Shown piece after piece: positions 25,261 through 38,982 of a stretch of DNA of 64,000 nt. Under the pieces are notes generated by a model. It was not told the origin of the DNA, searched no databases, and was given only the letters and a program-made list of their open reading frames with translations. The stretch lies in assembly GCF_009914755.1 (NCBI RefSeq), contig NC_060925.1; one strand, written 5' to 3'. Source of the DNA: the human T2T-CHM13v2.0 reference genome, Homo sapiens. The number at the start of each line of letters is the position of its first letter. The stretch's first letter is position 1. Both the position numbers and the translations under genes were made by a program.

Positions 25261-26481
25261 TATCTACATAAAGATTTTGTGTTTCTTCTAAAATAAGCCT
25301 ACCTCAAGAGTTTCTAACCATTTGGAGTTACTGAAAAGGAATAGCTGCAAGTCATAAATATCAATTCCTCCTGCCACAATTTGTAGGCCTGTAACTAATT
25401 CATTTCTATCTTCTTGTACTAATCAGATCTCTTAAAGCATACTCAGGATTTCAGAGCTAGAAGGAAAACTTAAGAATTATCAAAAGGAATTCCAGAGTGG
25501 TTGTGTGATTTGCCCAAGGCCATGGGTTAGTGGCAGAGCTGGGGCAAAATGTCAGTCTCTGATGTGAACATCATTACCATAAGAGAAATTCAGTGCCAAC
25601 ATCTTCTAAGCAGTGACTCAACATTATTTGGACAGAATTTATTAAAATGAAGAGCCTAGGCCTACCCAGTTATTGAAAAGGAATAAATATTTAAACATCT
25701 TATTATTCTGAGATGAATATGAGAATATGCCTCTGGATAGTTAAAAAGAGTCTTCCACCAACCACCAACTTTGCAAATGGGTGTTTCAGAGACCACACAT
25801 AATGCATGGTACTAATTAATTGAAACAATTTTCAAACCAGAGTAGATTTTTGCCTTTAAAACATAAACCAAGCCAAAAGGAGTGTCATGCTTAATTATCT
25901 GCATAAAATTTTCTGACCAGAGCACTCATTTAGCTGAATTACCTTCTCCACAGTGGAGAAGAAAACATCATCAGGAGACTTAGTTAACCAAGTGTTTGAA
26001 GAACTACCATTCTGCAAATATCATTGACTCCCCCCAAATTCTGAGATGTAATACTTACTCTAGGATGGAATTACTTTAGGCAAATAAGAAAGCATTTTAC
26101 CTATCATAGGGAAAATTAACCCTGATCATTGCTACAGCTCTTGAAAAGGAAACTTTTTTAGTATATTCACTCTTAATGGCTAAGGAGGTGTCTGTAGAGT
26201 TCCTGGGAAACTGCACAGAGTCTGAGTATTCTCTGGCAGACTGAAATGCAGTGCCAAATAATTTTTTAATAAGAAAGCATATTCTGGAAATTAATTGCAC
26301 ATATGAGACATCTCCATTGACTGAACTGCAAACATGATTGCATTTCCAACTTACAGATCTTTTCATGTTCCTTGCGTGTTTCCTATGGCTTCCCATTGCC
26401 TACAGGATCAAGTTCAGACCCTCAGGAAGGCTTGCAAGGCCCAACAGGATCTTGCTGGCCTAATTCTCCAACCCTACCCCC

Positions 26482-26554
26482 ACCACTGCCCTCAGCCTAG
26501 GCACTACGCACCCAGGGATACCGCTGCCCTCAGCCTAGGCACCACGCACCCAGG
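26482..26554. repeat. Tandem duplication, 38-bp period, about 2 copies
   Basis: acc(a/g)ctgccctcagcctaggcac(t/c)acgcacccagg at 26482 and 26520. Confidence 0.9.
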
Positions 26555-27349
26555 CACCGCACATACCTTGCTGTTTTGTTCTTGTCTGCTTTACCTTCAG
26601 CACCTCCTTTCTAAAGTTTTCCCAGATACAACATCTATGCAGAGTATACCCAACGTTCTCTTATGTCAGCCACACATCATTCAGTCAATCACATATTGAC
26701 TGAGTAGCTACCGTGTGGTAGGCACAAGGGAGGAAACAAGATAAAGGACCTTGTCCCTACCCACAGGAAAATCAGTGGAGGAAATAAATGTTATAATTAC
26801 TATACCTTGGTAAGTGCTAAAATATTCTCTGTATCTTACACATGCTTCTAATCACACAATATTGCAATCATTTTTCCACATGCAAGTCTCCCTGACTAGG
26901 TTTTACCTTTTTGAGGCTAAGAACATAACTTATCTTGGTATCCACAGAATTGAAAACTGTATCTCAGACATATGAAAGCTAAATAAATATTTGTTGAATG
27001 TTGGGTAGGCAAAGTTCTATTTTAATTGTATGTAGTATGAAGAAATTTGACCAAGTCTGGCTAATAGACTATTAATTATAGGAATGGACAGAAATGATAA
27101 GTAAGGGCAGAAGGGCTTCAGGTATCTGACATACACATCTTTAATTTCTGTTTCCCCTTTGAATACAGAGCAACATCTCCTGACCTTTCCAGAACAGCTG
27201 ACCAGATGTGGAGATGCAATGATGCCCATATTTGAAAACAGTATAGTACCATGACAGGCAGGCAGGCCCAGGCTATTTATTTGTTGTGAGCTCTTTGGCA
27301 TGTCATAACTTCTAGGCTTGATCCAGTTTATAGAAGAGAAAGTTAAACT

Positions 27350-27745
27350 ATATTCATTCATTCCCTCATTTATTAAATAATATTGTGTTTCTACCATATG
27401 CCTAGCATTGTGTTCAGGACCCAGGAAGCAAGGAACAATGAATGAGATGTGATCCTCAACTCCATGAAACTTATATCTGTTGGGAGAGGGAGAAACACAC
27501 ATAAAATTTCAGTGCAGATTTGGAGAAGTATTATGGGCTGTGGAGATTGGATTTTATCCTGAAAGCATTGAGGAAGTCTTTAAAAGGTAAATTAGAGGAA
27601 TAACTCCATCAGATATGTGTGCCAGTGGATCACCCTGGCTTCAGTGTGGCATGGGTTAAAGTAGCCATAGGTTGTAGGAAGAGGGACCAATTAGCAGACT
27701 GTTGCTTGGTTTGAGTAAGTGGCACAGCCAGAGGATGATGAAGAG
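27350..27745 (-). mobile_element. L2 fragment(s)
   Basis: attcattcattc...tttctaccatatgcctagcattgtg..cagg (reverse L2 tail) and ttggattttatcctgaa...gatcaccctggct. Confidence 0.55.
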
Positions 27746-30239
27746 ACCTCAGGTTTCTGCCTGCCTTAAGTTTCTATGATTGGCCACCCTCCTGTGTCTG
27801 TGCAGACAGTCTGAATGCAGATTCTCCAACAGAAGGTTTGTGGTTCAAGATTGCCTCACAATTGCTGGTAAAGAGAGCTGAGGATGATCCCAGATGGCAC
27901 TTCAACTTTCTCTAATTTTGAACCTTGCTGTGCACCTGAATACCACATACTGACTTGAGCAAAACAGTAGTGTTATTGTTAGGGCTGAAGCAAGCTGTTT
28001 GTCGAGACTCCATAATGCATATTGGTGACAACAGGAATTAAACTCTCCACCTGCAGGACAGCCAGCCAGTGGGGTGTAGAATAAGTGTGCTGGCAGAGAC
28101 TTTAGTATGTAAAAGTGCCGCAGGAAAAGGGGGCAAGCTTTATTCTAGAAGAGTCCCATTCAAACCATAGCAGATAAAGATATTATAATTAGAACCAGAA
28201 CCAAGAATAAATACTAGAGTAAGAAATGACACCAGTTTGCTTCTTCCCAGTATCAGAGAGTGTCTCTTTCTGGCTATATGGACATGAAATTTTGACTGGG
28301 TTCCAGAAAGGCAAGAAAGGGTGGTTTGTCATGGGCTTTTCAATGCCTACGAAGGACTCAAAGTTATTTGAGATATTACATTTGAATATGATTTGATGTG
28401 CTGTTTGATAAAAGAACATCAATGGGCAAAAGAATCACTTAGTCAAAAATAAGTTCTTCTGACTAGGACTTATGACAACTAGGGAAGAGTAGTAACCAGG
28501 CTTTTTTCTGGAATAAGAACTATGGTGTCCCTCTATGATGAGCAAGATCAGGTCCTCCAAGGAGTTATACATCGCAATACTGACTGGTCTGACAAGTAAA
28601 AGACCATTCTTAGTACCCCCACAGAGCATGCTGATGGTATCTCAATCTTTAGAAGGTTTAAAGGATGGGATGGCGCCAGACCTTACTTTATATCTCTTTC
28701 AGGGTTTTGTGCCAACCTATGAACACCAAAACTCAGCACTATTTTATGCAAACTATGCCTGTAGACCATATTTAAGAGTATGGAATGACTTCTCTCTGGA
28801 AAGAGTTTCCTCGCCTCATCCCCAGTATAACATGTCGAAAAGAAATAAGGAAGAAGAAATCCAGGATGCTAGTTTTGAAAATGAAATTTTGTTCCCTTCC
28901 CAATTTTAAATGCAGGTATACTCATTGTCTTCTCGAAATGACAAAAGGAAAAAAAAAAGAGGAAAGTTACAATTATTCATAAATCTACCAATAAAATGTA
29001 ATTACTGTTGGTACATGAATGTATTTTCATACAATCAACACGTGTATACACGACATTTAAATGTACTTCCTTCTAGTTTTTTATTCATCTATGTTGGATA
29101 TGTGGGGTTTATGTGTACATTGATTTAGCAGTGCACGTGATCAGTGGTTTAAAGGAGGGGATGGCTTTGCTGTTAGATCCCAGTTATAAAGACTTATCTT
29201 GTTTAATAGTTTGAAACCAAAATCTATTTCAATTAGAGTTGGAATAATTAGGAAATAGTCTTGATACTTACGCTAAATTATCCATTTACTAATCCAGAAG
29301 ATATATTCATCCCTCTAGTAGCTTAAAAACCCCTTTCTTTCCCTGCTGTTTACAACCCTTAGCACTTTTCAATTGTGGCATGCTTCCATCTCTTTCATCC
29401 CCCACCTATATGCTCAGACACAGAATGTGTTCAGGCAATTTTTAAGTTTTGTAAATCATTCCCAATAGTCCCTTAATCCTTCTTGCCACTTTTCTCTAAA
29501 TCCCTTTCAGTCGATCAGTAGCTACTTGGAGGGTATGGCCTGCGATAACCTGACACAGGCTTCCAGGACACTGTTAGAGGTGATCGCCATCTTCATGGGC
29601 AGTGGGGCAGTCCTTTGTACATATGCAGCCTCACGTTTGCCTTTATTTTCCCGGCTTCTGCTCCGTGATGCAATTTCCTGTCCATAAATGGTGCAGATCT
29701 AATTCCCTGACCACCATATAGTAAAGGTTTACTTTGACATATTGTCCTTCCTAAAAAGAAATTTTACTGCACAGTTATAATTATCACATTTTTCTTAATT
29801 AGCAACCTCTTCTGATTTCTTTTTCATCTTCTAGTTTTATAAAACATTTTCTTTATCTTATTTTAACCCAACTTACTGAATTCTATGACTATTTTCTTAG
29901 TTCCTTTTTTTTGTACTTGATAAGATCTCTGAGCTACTCTTTACTGCTTAGATTTTTCAAGTATATGGTATTATATCTTGATTTTGGTGTAATCTCAGAA
30001 CTCCAGCTATTCTTCCAGTCTATGGGTAGAATAATTATGTCATTAGAGACATTGGAGCCTGCCTCTCCCATGACGGCCAGCTGGCAGGGGATATATATTA
30101 TATGTCTTGGTTGATGGCTTTCAAGTAAAAGGGTGAATCTGCGAAGACCAGTACTCCTTGCCAACAAGCTCTTTATAAAATCAACTATTTCATTTTGCCG
30201 CCTGAGCTCTCCTTTGGCCGTTAGATTGAACAATCACTG

Positions 30240-30620
30240 GATGTTTCCTAAATTTGTCATCACCCCAAACGGAGACTCTGTAATATTAAGTAATAACTCC
30301 TTATTCTCCTCTTCTACCAGTCCCTGGTAACTTCAATTCTACTTTCTGTCTCTATGAATTTGGCTGTTCTAGCTATTTCCTATAAGTGGAATCATTCAAT
30401 ATTTGTCATCTTGTGTCTGACTAATTTTATTTAGCATAATGTTTTTTAAGGTTCATCTGTGTTGTAGCATGTATCAGAACTTTGTTCCTCTTTAACACTG
30501 AATAATATTCCATTGTATGGCTATACCGTACTTTGTTTTTCCATTCATTAGATGATGGACACTAGGGTTATTTTCACCTTTTGCCTATTAAAAATAATGC
30601 TGCGATGAACACTGGTGTTC
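30240..30620 (-). mobile_element. Old L1M (L1MB-like) 3' fragment
   Basis: ccctggtaac..attctactttctgtctctatgaattt...taagtggaatcat..aatatttg...ggttcatc.gtgttgtagcatgtatcag. Confidence 0.75.
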
Positions 30621-31797
30621 CCATTCATTTTGTAAAGTAACCCCCTCTTTTTTCTTCCTTCTCAGCCACATGGCAGCACTTGAGTCTCCAACTCTCATAT
30701 CCATGGAGGCCGTGCTACTTCCAGCCGTTCCCACCTCCACACACAAAAGTAAAATAGAAATTTCTTTATAAGGGAGAAAAGAAGCTATTAATTGCCCTAA
30801 TTGTATTTCTTTGTTTAAAAATTATATATGTTTTTGAAAAATATAGAAAAAATAAGAGAGGGGAAGTGTTCCCATACTCCTACCACTTTGGTGTAAGTAA
30901 TGATATAATTTTGGTTTATTTCTGTCAGTTTTTTTGCATTGCATTCTTTTTCAGACCTAAATGTGAGCATGTTATGGTTCAGAAGTCTAAGTCTGTTTTT
31001 GTTTTTGTTTTGCTGAAATTAAAATAGCCATTAAGATTTCCTTTGGTCAGTGTTTGCCTTTTATATCTTTTTTCATCCTATAATTTTCAGTCTTTCTGTG
31101 TACTTATATTTCATATATGTCCAAGTCTGCTCCTAATATTTGCAGAGCCTGAGGCAAGAGTACAAATAGAGGCCCACATGCATTCTAATTGCTTTATTCA
31201 GTAATTATATCTTCATTTAGGAAAGATTTTCAAATTACAAAGGCCTCATCTGACCGATTCCAGTTACAAATTAGATCAGAATAATTCTCTTGCTCATTTT
31301 TATTATTTTGGCTAGTAATTAAATCCTCATTAAATATAAAATGTGTTGTTTGAAAATTTTTTATGATGAATGCTTGACAGAGATTTACCCACTTTCATTA
31401 TTTCTAGTTTTTAAAAATGTCAGTAGACTGCTTATTTGTGTATTTTATTTTTTTGGCTTTTTTCCTCCTAAGATTTTTTTTCATAGGTTCTCTTTTATCA
31501 TAATCTCAAATTCTTCTCATTCTATTTCCCCTCCCACCATACACACTGTGAAGCAGTGACTAGCTCCTTCTTAGCTGCGGTAAAACCTGCAAATCTTTAC
31601 GGCATTTGAACACAGTGACCATTTGTTTCAAGGATTTAGGGCAAGGAAATGTGGAGAAGTACTTTTTCTGGAATGTGAATGGTATTAGACACAACCGTGG
31701 ATGTTTAGGATTATAGATCATGCTGTGACAGAATGACAAAGGTGTCAATGTGGTCTTTAATATAATTTGTGTGTTGGTGGTATGATGTGCCATTTAA

Positions 31798-31972
31798 AGC
31801 AGCGCTTCTCAAACATTAATGGTACATATGCATCACCCGGAGAAGCTTCTTAAAATGCAGATTCTGAATCTTTAGATCTCGGATGGGGCCTGACAGTCAG
31901 CATTTCTAACAGGTGCCTGAGTGATGCTGTTGCTGTTGGTCCGAGATCCATCTCTTGAGTTGTAAGACTCTG
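31798..31972. mobile_element. MER5-type hAT-Charlie DNA transposon
   Basis: agcagcgcttctcaaac...gcatcacc.gga...ttaaaatgcagattctga...ggggcctga...gcatttctaacag...gtgatgctg. Confidence 0.75.
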
Positions 31973-32372
31973 AAGCATAGGACCAAGATCAGGGGTCTCT
32001 CTCATCTGATATTAAGAGTAGTACTCTGTATGTCCTATATGAATACACTATAGCTGGAATTGATTTTTAATTTGAAATTATAATCATCGCCTTTTAAGAG
32101 TCATGTTTAGTTTATTTACATTTATTGTAATTTTCTAAGTTATTGATATATTGGGATTTTTTCCCTATTATTTAAACACTGGCTTTGCATTTTATGCATT
32201 CTGTGCTTTGGGCTTTTTTTTTAAACTCTCCTTTTCCCCTGGACCATTTTTTCCCCTTCTTCTTATTCCATTTTTAGCCTGTATTAGTTTAAAAATTAAA
32301 TGCTTGATTTCTATTCTTTCAATGTCATTCTTAAAATTTTAACATGTATATTACCAAAGTCCTAAATGAATT

Positions 32373-32742
32373 AATTTATTTTTAAATGGCAAATAAAAAT
32401 CGTATATATTTATTGTGTACAGCATGATGTTTTGGTATATGCATACATTATGGAATGGCTAAATCAAGGTTAATTAACATATGTATTGCCTCACATACTT
32501 ATCTTTTTTTGTGGTGAGAGCACTTAAAATCTACTCTGTTAGCAATTTTTAAAATACAAAATATTGTGATTAACTATAATCACTGTGATGTACAATAGGT
32601 CTCTTGAATTTATTCCTCCTGTCTAATTGAAATTTTGTATCCCTTGACCAACATCTTCCCAGTCACACCCCCATCCCTCTGGTAACCATCATTCTACTCT
32701 AGTTGTATGAGTTCAATTTTTTTAGATTCCATTTATAAGTGA
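32373..32742 (-). mobile_element. L1MA-type 3' end within older L1M debris
   Basis: tgtacagcatgatgtttt...tggaatggctaaatcaag...cacttaaaatctactct...ccttgaccaacatct...tttagattcc. Confidence 0.8.
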
Positions 32743-32874
32743 TTTAATTAATATCTTTATCCTCTTTCCAGATAATTCAAGGACCTTAGCATTTTAACTC
32801 TAGTCAACTGTAATATTACATTCCATCGTATTGCAGTATTTTAGTCTTCTTCTATTAAGCCTTCCAAATTGGAT

Positions 32875-32923
32875 ATTAGCATTATTGTGGTTGTTTCACA
32901 TTAGCATTATTGTGGTTGTTTCA
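32875..32923. repeat. Tandem duplication, 25-bp period
   Basis: attagcattattgtggttgtttca occurs at 32875 and 32900. Confidence 0.9.
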
Positions 32924-34649
32924 GATAGTCAATATTGATGCAGATTTACCTGAATATTACCCATGATTACCATCATTCCTTCTTTCTACTTAGATTTCCA
33001 TCATCCTTCTTCTTGAAATATAATTTTTAAAAGGTCCATTGAAGAAGTTCTGTTGATGGTAAATACAGTTTTACTTTCTTTGAAAATATCTTTATTTTGC
33101 CCACATCAGTTATTTTATTGTTCAGTATTAAGAAAACCTAATTCCTGTGTTTTCTTCCCATCATTGTTGATATTGAGTTGTGTGCCATCAGGCAAATGTC
33201 ATTACTTTTTAGATATTCTAAACTGTTGTTTCTTTAAGTAAGTACATTGTCTCCCCTTAATCTGTTCTCTTCGTAATGTTTTATTTATTTGTCTCACTAT
33301 AATGAATTCTGGACAGTTTCTTCTGGTCTTTCTTTCAGTTTGCTAATTCTCTATTCAGCTGTATCTAATCTGCTATTTAATTCATCCATCAAGTATTTTT
33401 TCCTTAGTATTTTGTTTTAATAATTTTATTTACTATTTCTAGATTTTTTTCTAATCATCCTGGTCTTTGTCATAGTATCTTCTTCTTTATATACATTTTA
33501 TTTATGTATCTGATAACATTAATAACTTAAACCTTTGTAAGTTATAAGTATGTTTTTAGTTTTTGTGCTGATTTTGTTCAAATAAACATATTTTGTATGT
33601 GTGTTGTTTGTGTTCTTGCAGATGTGTATGTTTATCATCACTCTACACTCATCTGGACTATATCTTTGGGAATTCTTCATGTCCTATATTGAAAATCCAC
33701 TTCTTCAAAGAAAGATTACATTTGCTTTTGCCAAGCCCCTAGAAGCCCTACAAACTAGAACTAAAGCTTTACTAAAATAAGCCTAGACCTTCTGCACACA
33801 TGCCAATAGTATGAATGCAAATCACAAATCTACATCATTTTTATGAATTCTAAACTTTTATGAAGCAGAGAATTTTTTTTATTCTTCTTCACCCAGAACC
33901 AAGGACAAAACAGACAAGTTTTCTTTTACGTTCCCTATGCTTGCTGGATTTTCTCTTTCTAGTTTACTCATTCCTTAGGGTCATGGTTTTTCAGGTCTTC
34001 CCTCATTGCTTAGGGTCAAGACTGTGCCCCTTGTCCCTCCACATGGTTGTTGAAATGCAAAGCTTTAGGTTAAAGGATCAGCAGTTACCCTTAGAGCAGC
34101 CACTGTCTGCAATGCCCATTCATTATGCTAGATTTTTACTTCAGTTTTTTTTTTTTTTGAGCTCTGTGGAGTTCTTTTACTTAACTGTTAACTTGCTTAA
34201 TAAAAACAGATTTAAGAAACATTTTGAATGTTTAAATACCAGCTTTTCTTGGTATTCTATAATGTGAGTGCTTGTATCAATTACAAATTTTAAAATATTA
34301 TTTGTAAATTAAGTGGTTACTATGGTTAATTTAGAAATGCAGAAAAATAGAAGAATAAAAAATTTTAGAATTTTGTAAACTAGAGATAGCATAACCATTA
34401 TAAACATGTTAGAATTTAAGATTTTTTTCATATACATTTTTACATAAATGAGATTACACTACATTTATCGATTTGAGCATAAGATATTCTCAAGTGAGAA
34501 AGTGAATGATTATATTGAGAGGTTGGCAGCAAATAACATCAAGTCTTTCCAAATGAAAACCTCAATTCTCATATCATTAAATATAAATTTTTCAATGTAG
34601 TAATTATTCATCATGTATATTTTTAACAATAAAACTTCTATTTGTGGAA

Positions 34650-35470
34650 GTACAAGTTTGTGTAGGGGACACATGTTTTCACTTCTCTTGGGTATATACC
34701 TAGGAGTAGAATTGCTGTATCATATGGTAACCTGAGTCTTAGCCTTTTAAGGAACAGCAAAATGGTTTTCCAAAAGGCTGTACCATTTTACAGTCCCACC
34801 AGTAAGAAGAGGAGAGTAGGACACAGAGACCACGTGAAGACACTTTGCCAACACATGTTATCATCTCTCTTTTTAAATCTTAGCCATCCTATCAGGTATA
34901 AAGTAGTATCTCCTTGTAGTTTGAATTTGCATTTATTTAATGAAGCATGATGTTAAACATGTTTTTATGTGCTTATTGTCTATTTGTATATCTTTCCTGG
35001 ATTATGTCTATTCAGATTCTTGGCCCATTTTTATTGGATTGTTTTTATTTTTGAGTTGTGTTTTTAATATATTCTGGATACAAGTTCATATAAAATACAT
35101 GATTTGCAAATTATTTTCTCCCATTCTGTGGGCTGTCTTTTCACTTTATTGATGGTGTTCTTTGAAGCACAGAAGTTTTTAATTTTGATGATGCTAATTT
35201 ATCTATTTTTGTCTCACTTATACTTTTGGTGTCTTATCTAAGAAACTGTCATCTAATCCAAGATCATGAAGAATTATTCCTATGTTTTCTTCTAAGAGTT
35301 TTGTAGTTTTCGCTTTTACATTTAGGTCTATGACTCAGTTTGAATTAATTGTATACATGATGTGACAGAGAGGTCCAGCTTCATCTCTGGCATGTAGATA
35401 TCCAGTTGTCCAAGCATAATTTGTTGAAAAAACTCTGCTTTCCCCTATTCAATTGTCTTGGCATTTTTAT
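34650..35470 (-). mobile_element. Old L1M (L1MB-like) ORF2-end/3' UTR fragment
   Basis: tctcttgggtatatacctaggagtagaattgctg; tttgaagcacagaagtttttaattttgatg; cctatgttttcttctaagagtttt. Confidence 0.75.
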
Positions 35471-36984
35471 AAAAAATAAACCGCATATCTATGTATTTTA
35501 AATTCAGTTATATATACTGTCACTAGCCATACCAGGCATCATATGTACTTACAAGCTTAAGACTAGCATGGAAATGATTATCACGGGCCATGGCAAAGAA
35601 TAATGATCTGTTATTTCCAAAGATTCTGTGAAGATGACTGTGCAGCCGAGAATTTATTTGGTTTATAGAGACTAAAATTCCGTCTGCTTTGTTCACTATT
35701 GAGTTAGTAGCTAAACAGTTGTAAAATTTCTCAAGTCTCTCAGAGCTCACACTTGCAGGAAGCTTGATTTCACAACTTGTACATGACAGTCTCACATAAA
35801 AGTACTCTCGTGAGAGTGTTACTATGGACAGAAAAAAAGACTATACCTCTTTTATGACTGCTGTTGTTATTTAGGGCTTCTTTTTTCTTGATGTTGTTTC
35901 AAAAGGTTGCATTTTGCAATAAGCAGCAACACCTTAAGATAGATCTTAAACAGAACCATGTTTAAGGCTTTTTTTTCTCCCCTTTAGTCACAGTGATTTT
36001 CCATTTGCCCTGGAAGGCATTCAGCATTACTTGTAAACAGCAAAGATAAATGTGGCTTCTGATATTCATCTTTATGAATAGTCCATATGTTTATAAATAG
36101 GAATAGAACAAAAAGCACTGTCCCAAACTTTCCTTTAAATTCTAAACATCTAAATGTATTTTAAATATTCCACCCCAATTAATCTCACTTTTAAATAAAA
36201 CATTGCATGTCTAAGGTGGAAAAACAAAAGACTCTTCGACAATGCCACACAACTGCATATGTTTGAAAATAGGGTGGTCACTTTTAATTGATATAGAGGA
36301 AATTTGGGAAAGAAGAAAAGTAATCAACTTTCCTATATCTGGAGTCCTTTAACCAATAAACAGACAAACCAACATAAAGCACACATGGTAAGCTCAGCAC
36401 ACATAACTGAATTTCTCTTTTTACGTTTTTGCACCTCAGCCTGTCCAATTGTGCAAAGAAGGGGAGGAGGATTAAATATGCAACTGAGTAGCCAGGGCAT
36501 CTAGCTGCTGGTAGTTCCTCAAAGCTGTACATCCCTCCCTCACCATAACTTGCTTGTTCTCTCCAGCAAATACCATTTACTAGGGTGCCCAGATTCACCT
36601 CTGTAGGCCCAAGACTGTGAGGTTCCTAGACAACAGGATTTTGCTCTGAATATCATCCATATATGCACTCTTTAATTTAACCCCGTCTTGGCAGGCATAA
36701 GGAGTAGCACAATGAAAAAATGTAGATCCTGCCCCCAACAACTGTGTAAGCTTAGGAGACCAGCACTCAGAAGAAATTTTAGCATAGAGTAAGTGCACAG
36801 TAAAAGTTTGTTAATAAGGAAGGAAAGAAAGAGGAAGGGTGTGCAGGAGGGAGGAAGGACAAATTTGGATTTCATATGTCATACCAGAGAAAGATGGAAG
36901 CAGCATATTGAGATATAGAAGTGGTGTAAAAGACAAGAAGAAATCAGTTTAAGAAGGCATAGGAACCAGAAGTGGAAAATTAGG

Positions 36985-37558
<574 letters not shown>

Positions 37559-38410
37559 TAGAAGAGACGCTCTTGATATTCAGGTTTTCTTTAACCCTGA
37601 GATGTGGCCATGGCACACAAATGTAAACATTTTCAAATCAGTCCCAGGTGGTAGGCTTCTAGATTTTTGTTTTTTACCTTTGAAATCGGTTCAAGACAAT
37701 GCCATTATGGAAAGCCTCTGCAGAAGAAACTATTTTTATTGTACCAATTGCCTTTCTAAAATCTGTCAAATCTTTTAAGTTTCTCCCTTGACCTTTTTGG
37801 AAGCTTAAACAGGAACTGAATCATCATAAAATTTTTGAAATTTGCCTTGAATCTACTTTGGAGCTGCATGAATTGAGATCTCTTGGTAACTGACCTTGTG
37901 TTGACCCAGATAGGCCTGTTGCAGTGTACGGCATGTACACCGCACACCTGCCACCACCCCTGTGGCAGCAATGTTTGCGAGCCTGAAGAGTTTTGTGTGG
38001 GGAGTTATGACAGAAGTCAGCCAAGTGTAGGTAATGATGTCAGGTAGCATGGGAGGTTGGAGCGCAGGAAGAGGCAGGGGGGGGATCTTTAAGCAAGGAA
38101 CCCTTGTATCCAGCTGTGCCAAATGGGCCTTCCCTGAGGACTTGATAGGCACCCTATTGCCACTTGTAACTCAGCAATTGAGGTCACAGTCAAAGAAAAA
38201 AACCTTTATTTTTCACAATGTCATCTTTCAGCAGTACAGCTTCATAAGTGAAGATGGTGATGTTCCAACAGTTCATCTAAACTCTTTAAAATCCTACCAA
38301 ATACGTTGCAGGTGGTGGGTATGTAGTAAAAGTGGATAGGAGGAGGGTAAGTATTGAAATCTGTTTGAGATATGAAATTACATGAGTAAGGTTTGGGGTT
38401 TTCACCACAA

Positions 38411-38820
38411 TTTCACTCGCGTCCATGTGAAGAGACCACCAAACAGGTTTGTGTGAGCAATAAAGCTGTTTATTTCACCTGGGTGCAGGTGGGCTGAGTC
38501 CGAAAACAGTCAGTGAAGGGAGATAAGGATGGGGCCATTTTATAGGATTTGGGTAGATAAAGGAAAATTATAGTCAAAGGGGGGTTATTCTCTGGCGGGC
38601 AGAGTGGGGGTCACAAGGTGCTCAGTAGGGGAGCTTTTGAGCCAGGATGAGCCAGGAGAAGGAATTTCACAAGACAGTGTCATCAGTTAAGGCAGGAACA
38701 GGCCATTTTCACTTCTTTTGTGGTGGAATGTCATCAGTTAAGGCAGGAACCGGCCATCTGGATGTGTACGTGCAGGTCACAAGGGATATGATGGCTTAGC
38801 TTGGGCTCAGAGGCCTGACA
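38411..38820 (-). mobile_element. HERV-H 3' LTR (LTR7)
   Basis: Homologous to the 5' LTR; minus-strand AATAAA at 38474-38469. Confidence 0.93.
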
Positions 38821-38982
38821 TTCCTGTCTTCTTATATTAATAAGAAAAATAAAATGAAATAGTGGTAAAGTGTTGGGGTGGTGAAAATTTTGGGGGGGTG
38901 ATATGGAGAGAGAATGGGCGATGTTTCTCAGGGCTGCTTCAAGTGGGATTAGGGGCGGCGTGGGAACCTAGAGTGGGAGAGA

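Noticed and set aside
28535-28592. Possible C/D-box snoRNA (ATGATGA ... CTGA ... CTGA)
   Set aside because: Short, no terminal stem, and no recognisable guide; such motifs occur by chance.
28535-28909. 124-aa ORF with an acceptor-like site near 28702 as a possible ST6GALNAC5 exon
   Set aside because: No sialylmotif or known homology and no convincing paired donor.
38459-38464. Sense-strand AATAAA in the HERV-H 3' LTR as a premature poly(A) signal
   Set aside because: AATAAA is frequent throughout this AT-rich intron, and nothing distinguishes this copy.
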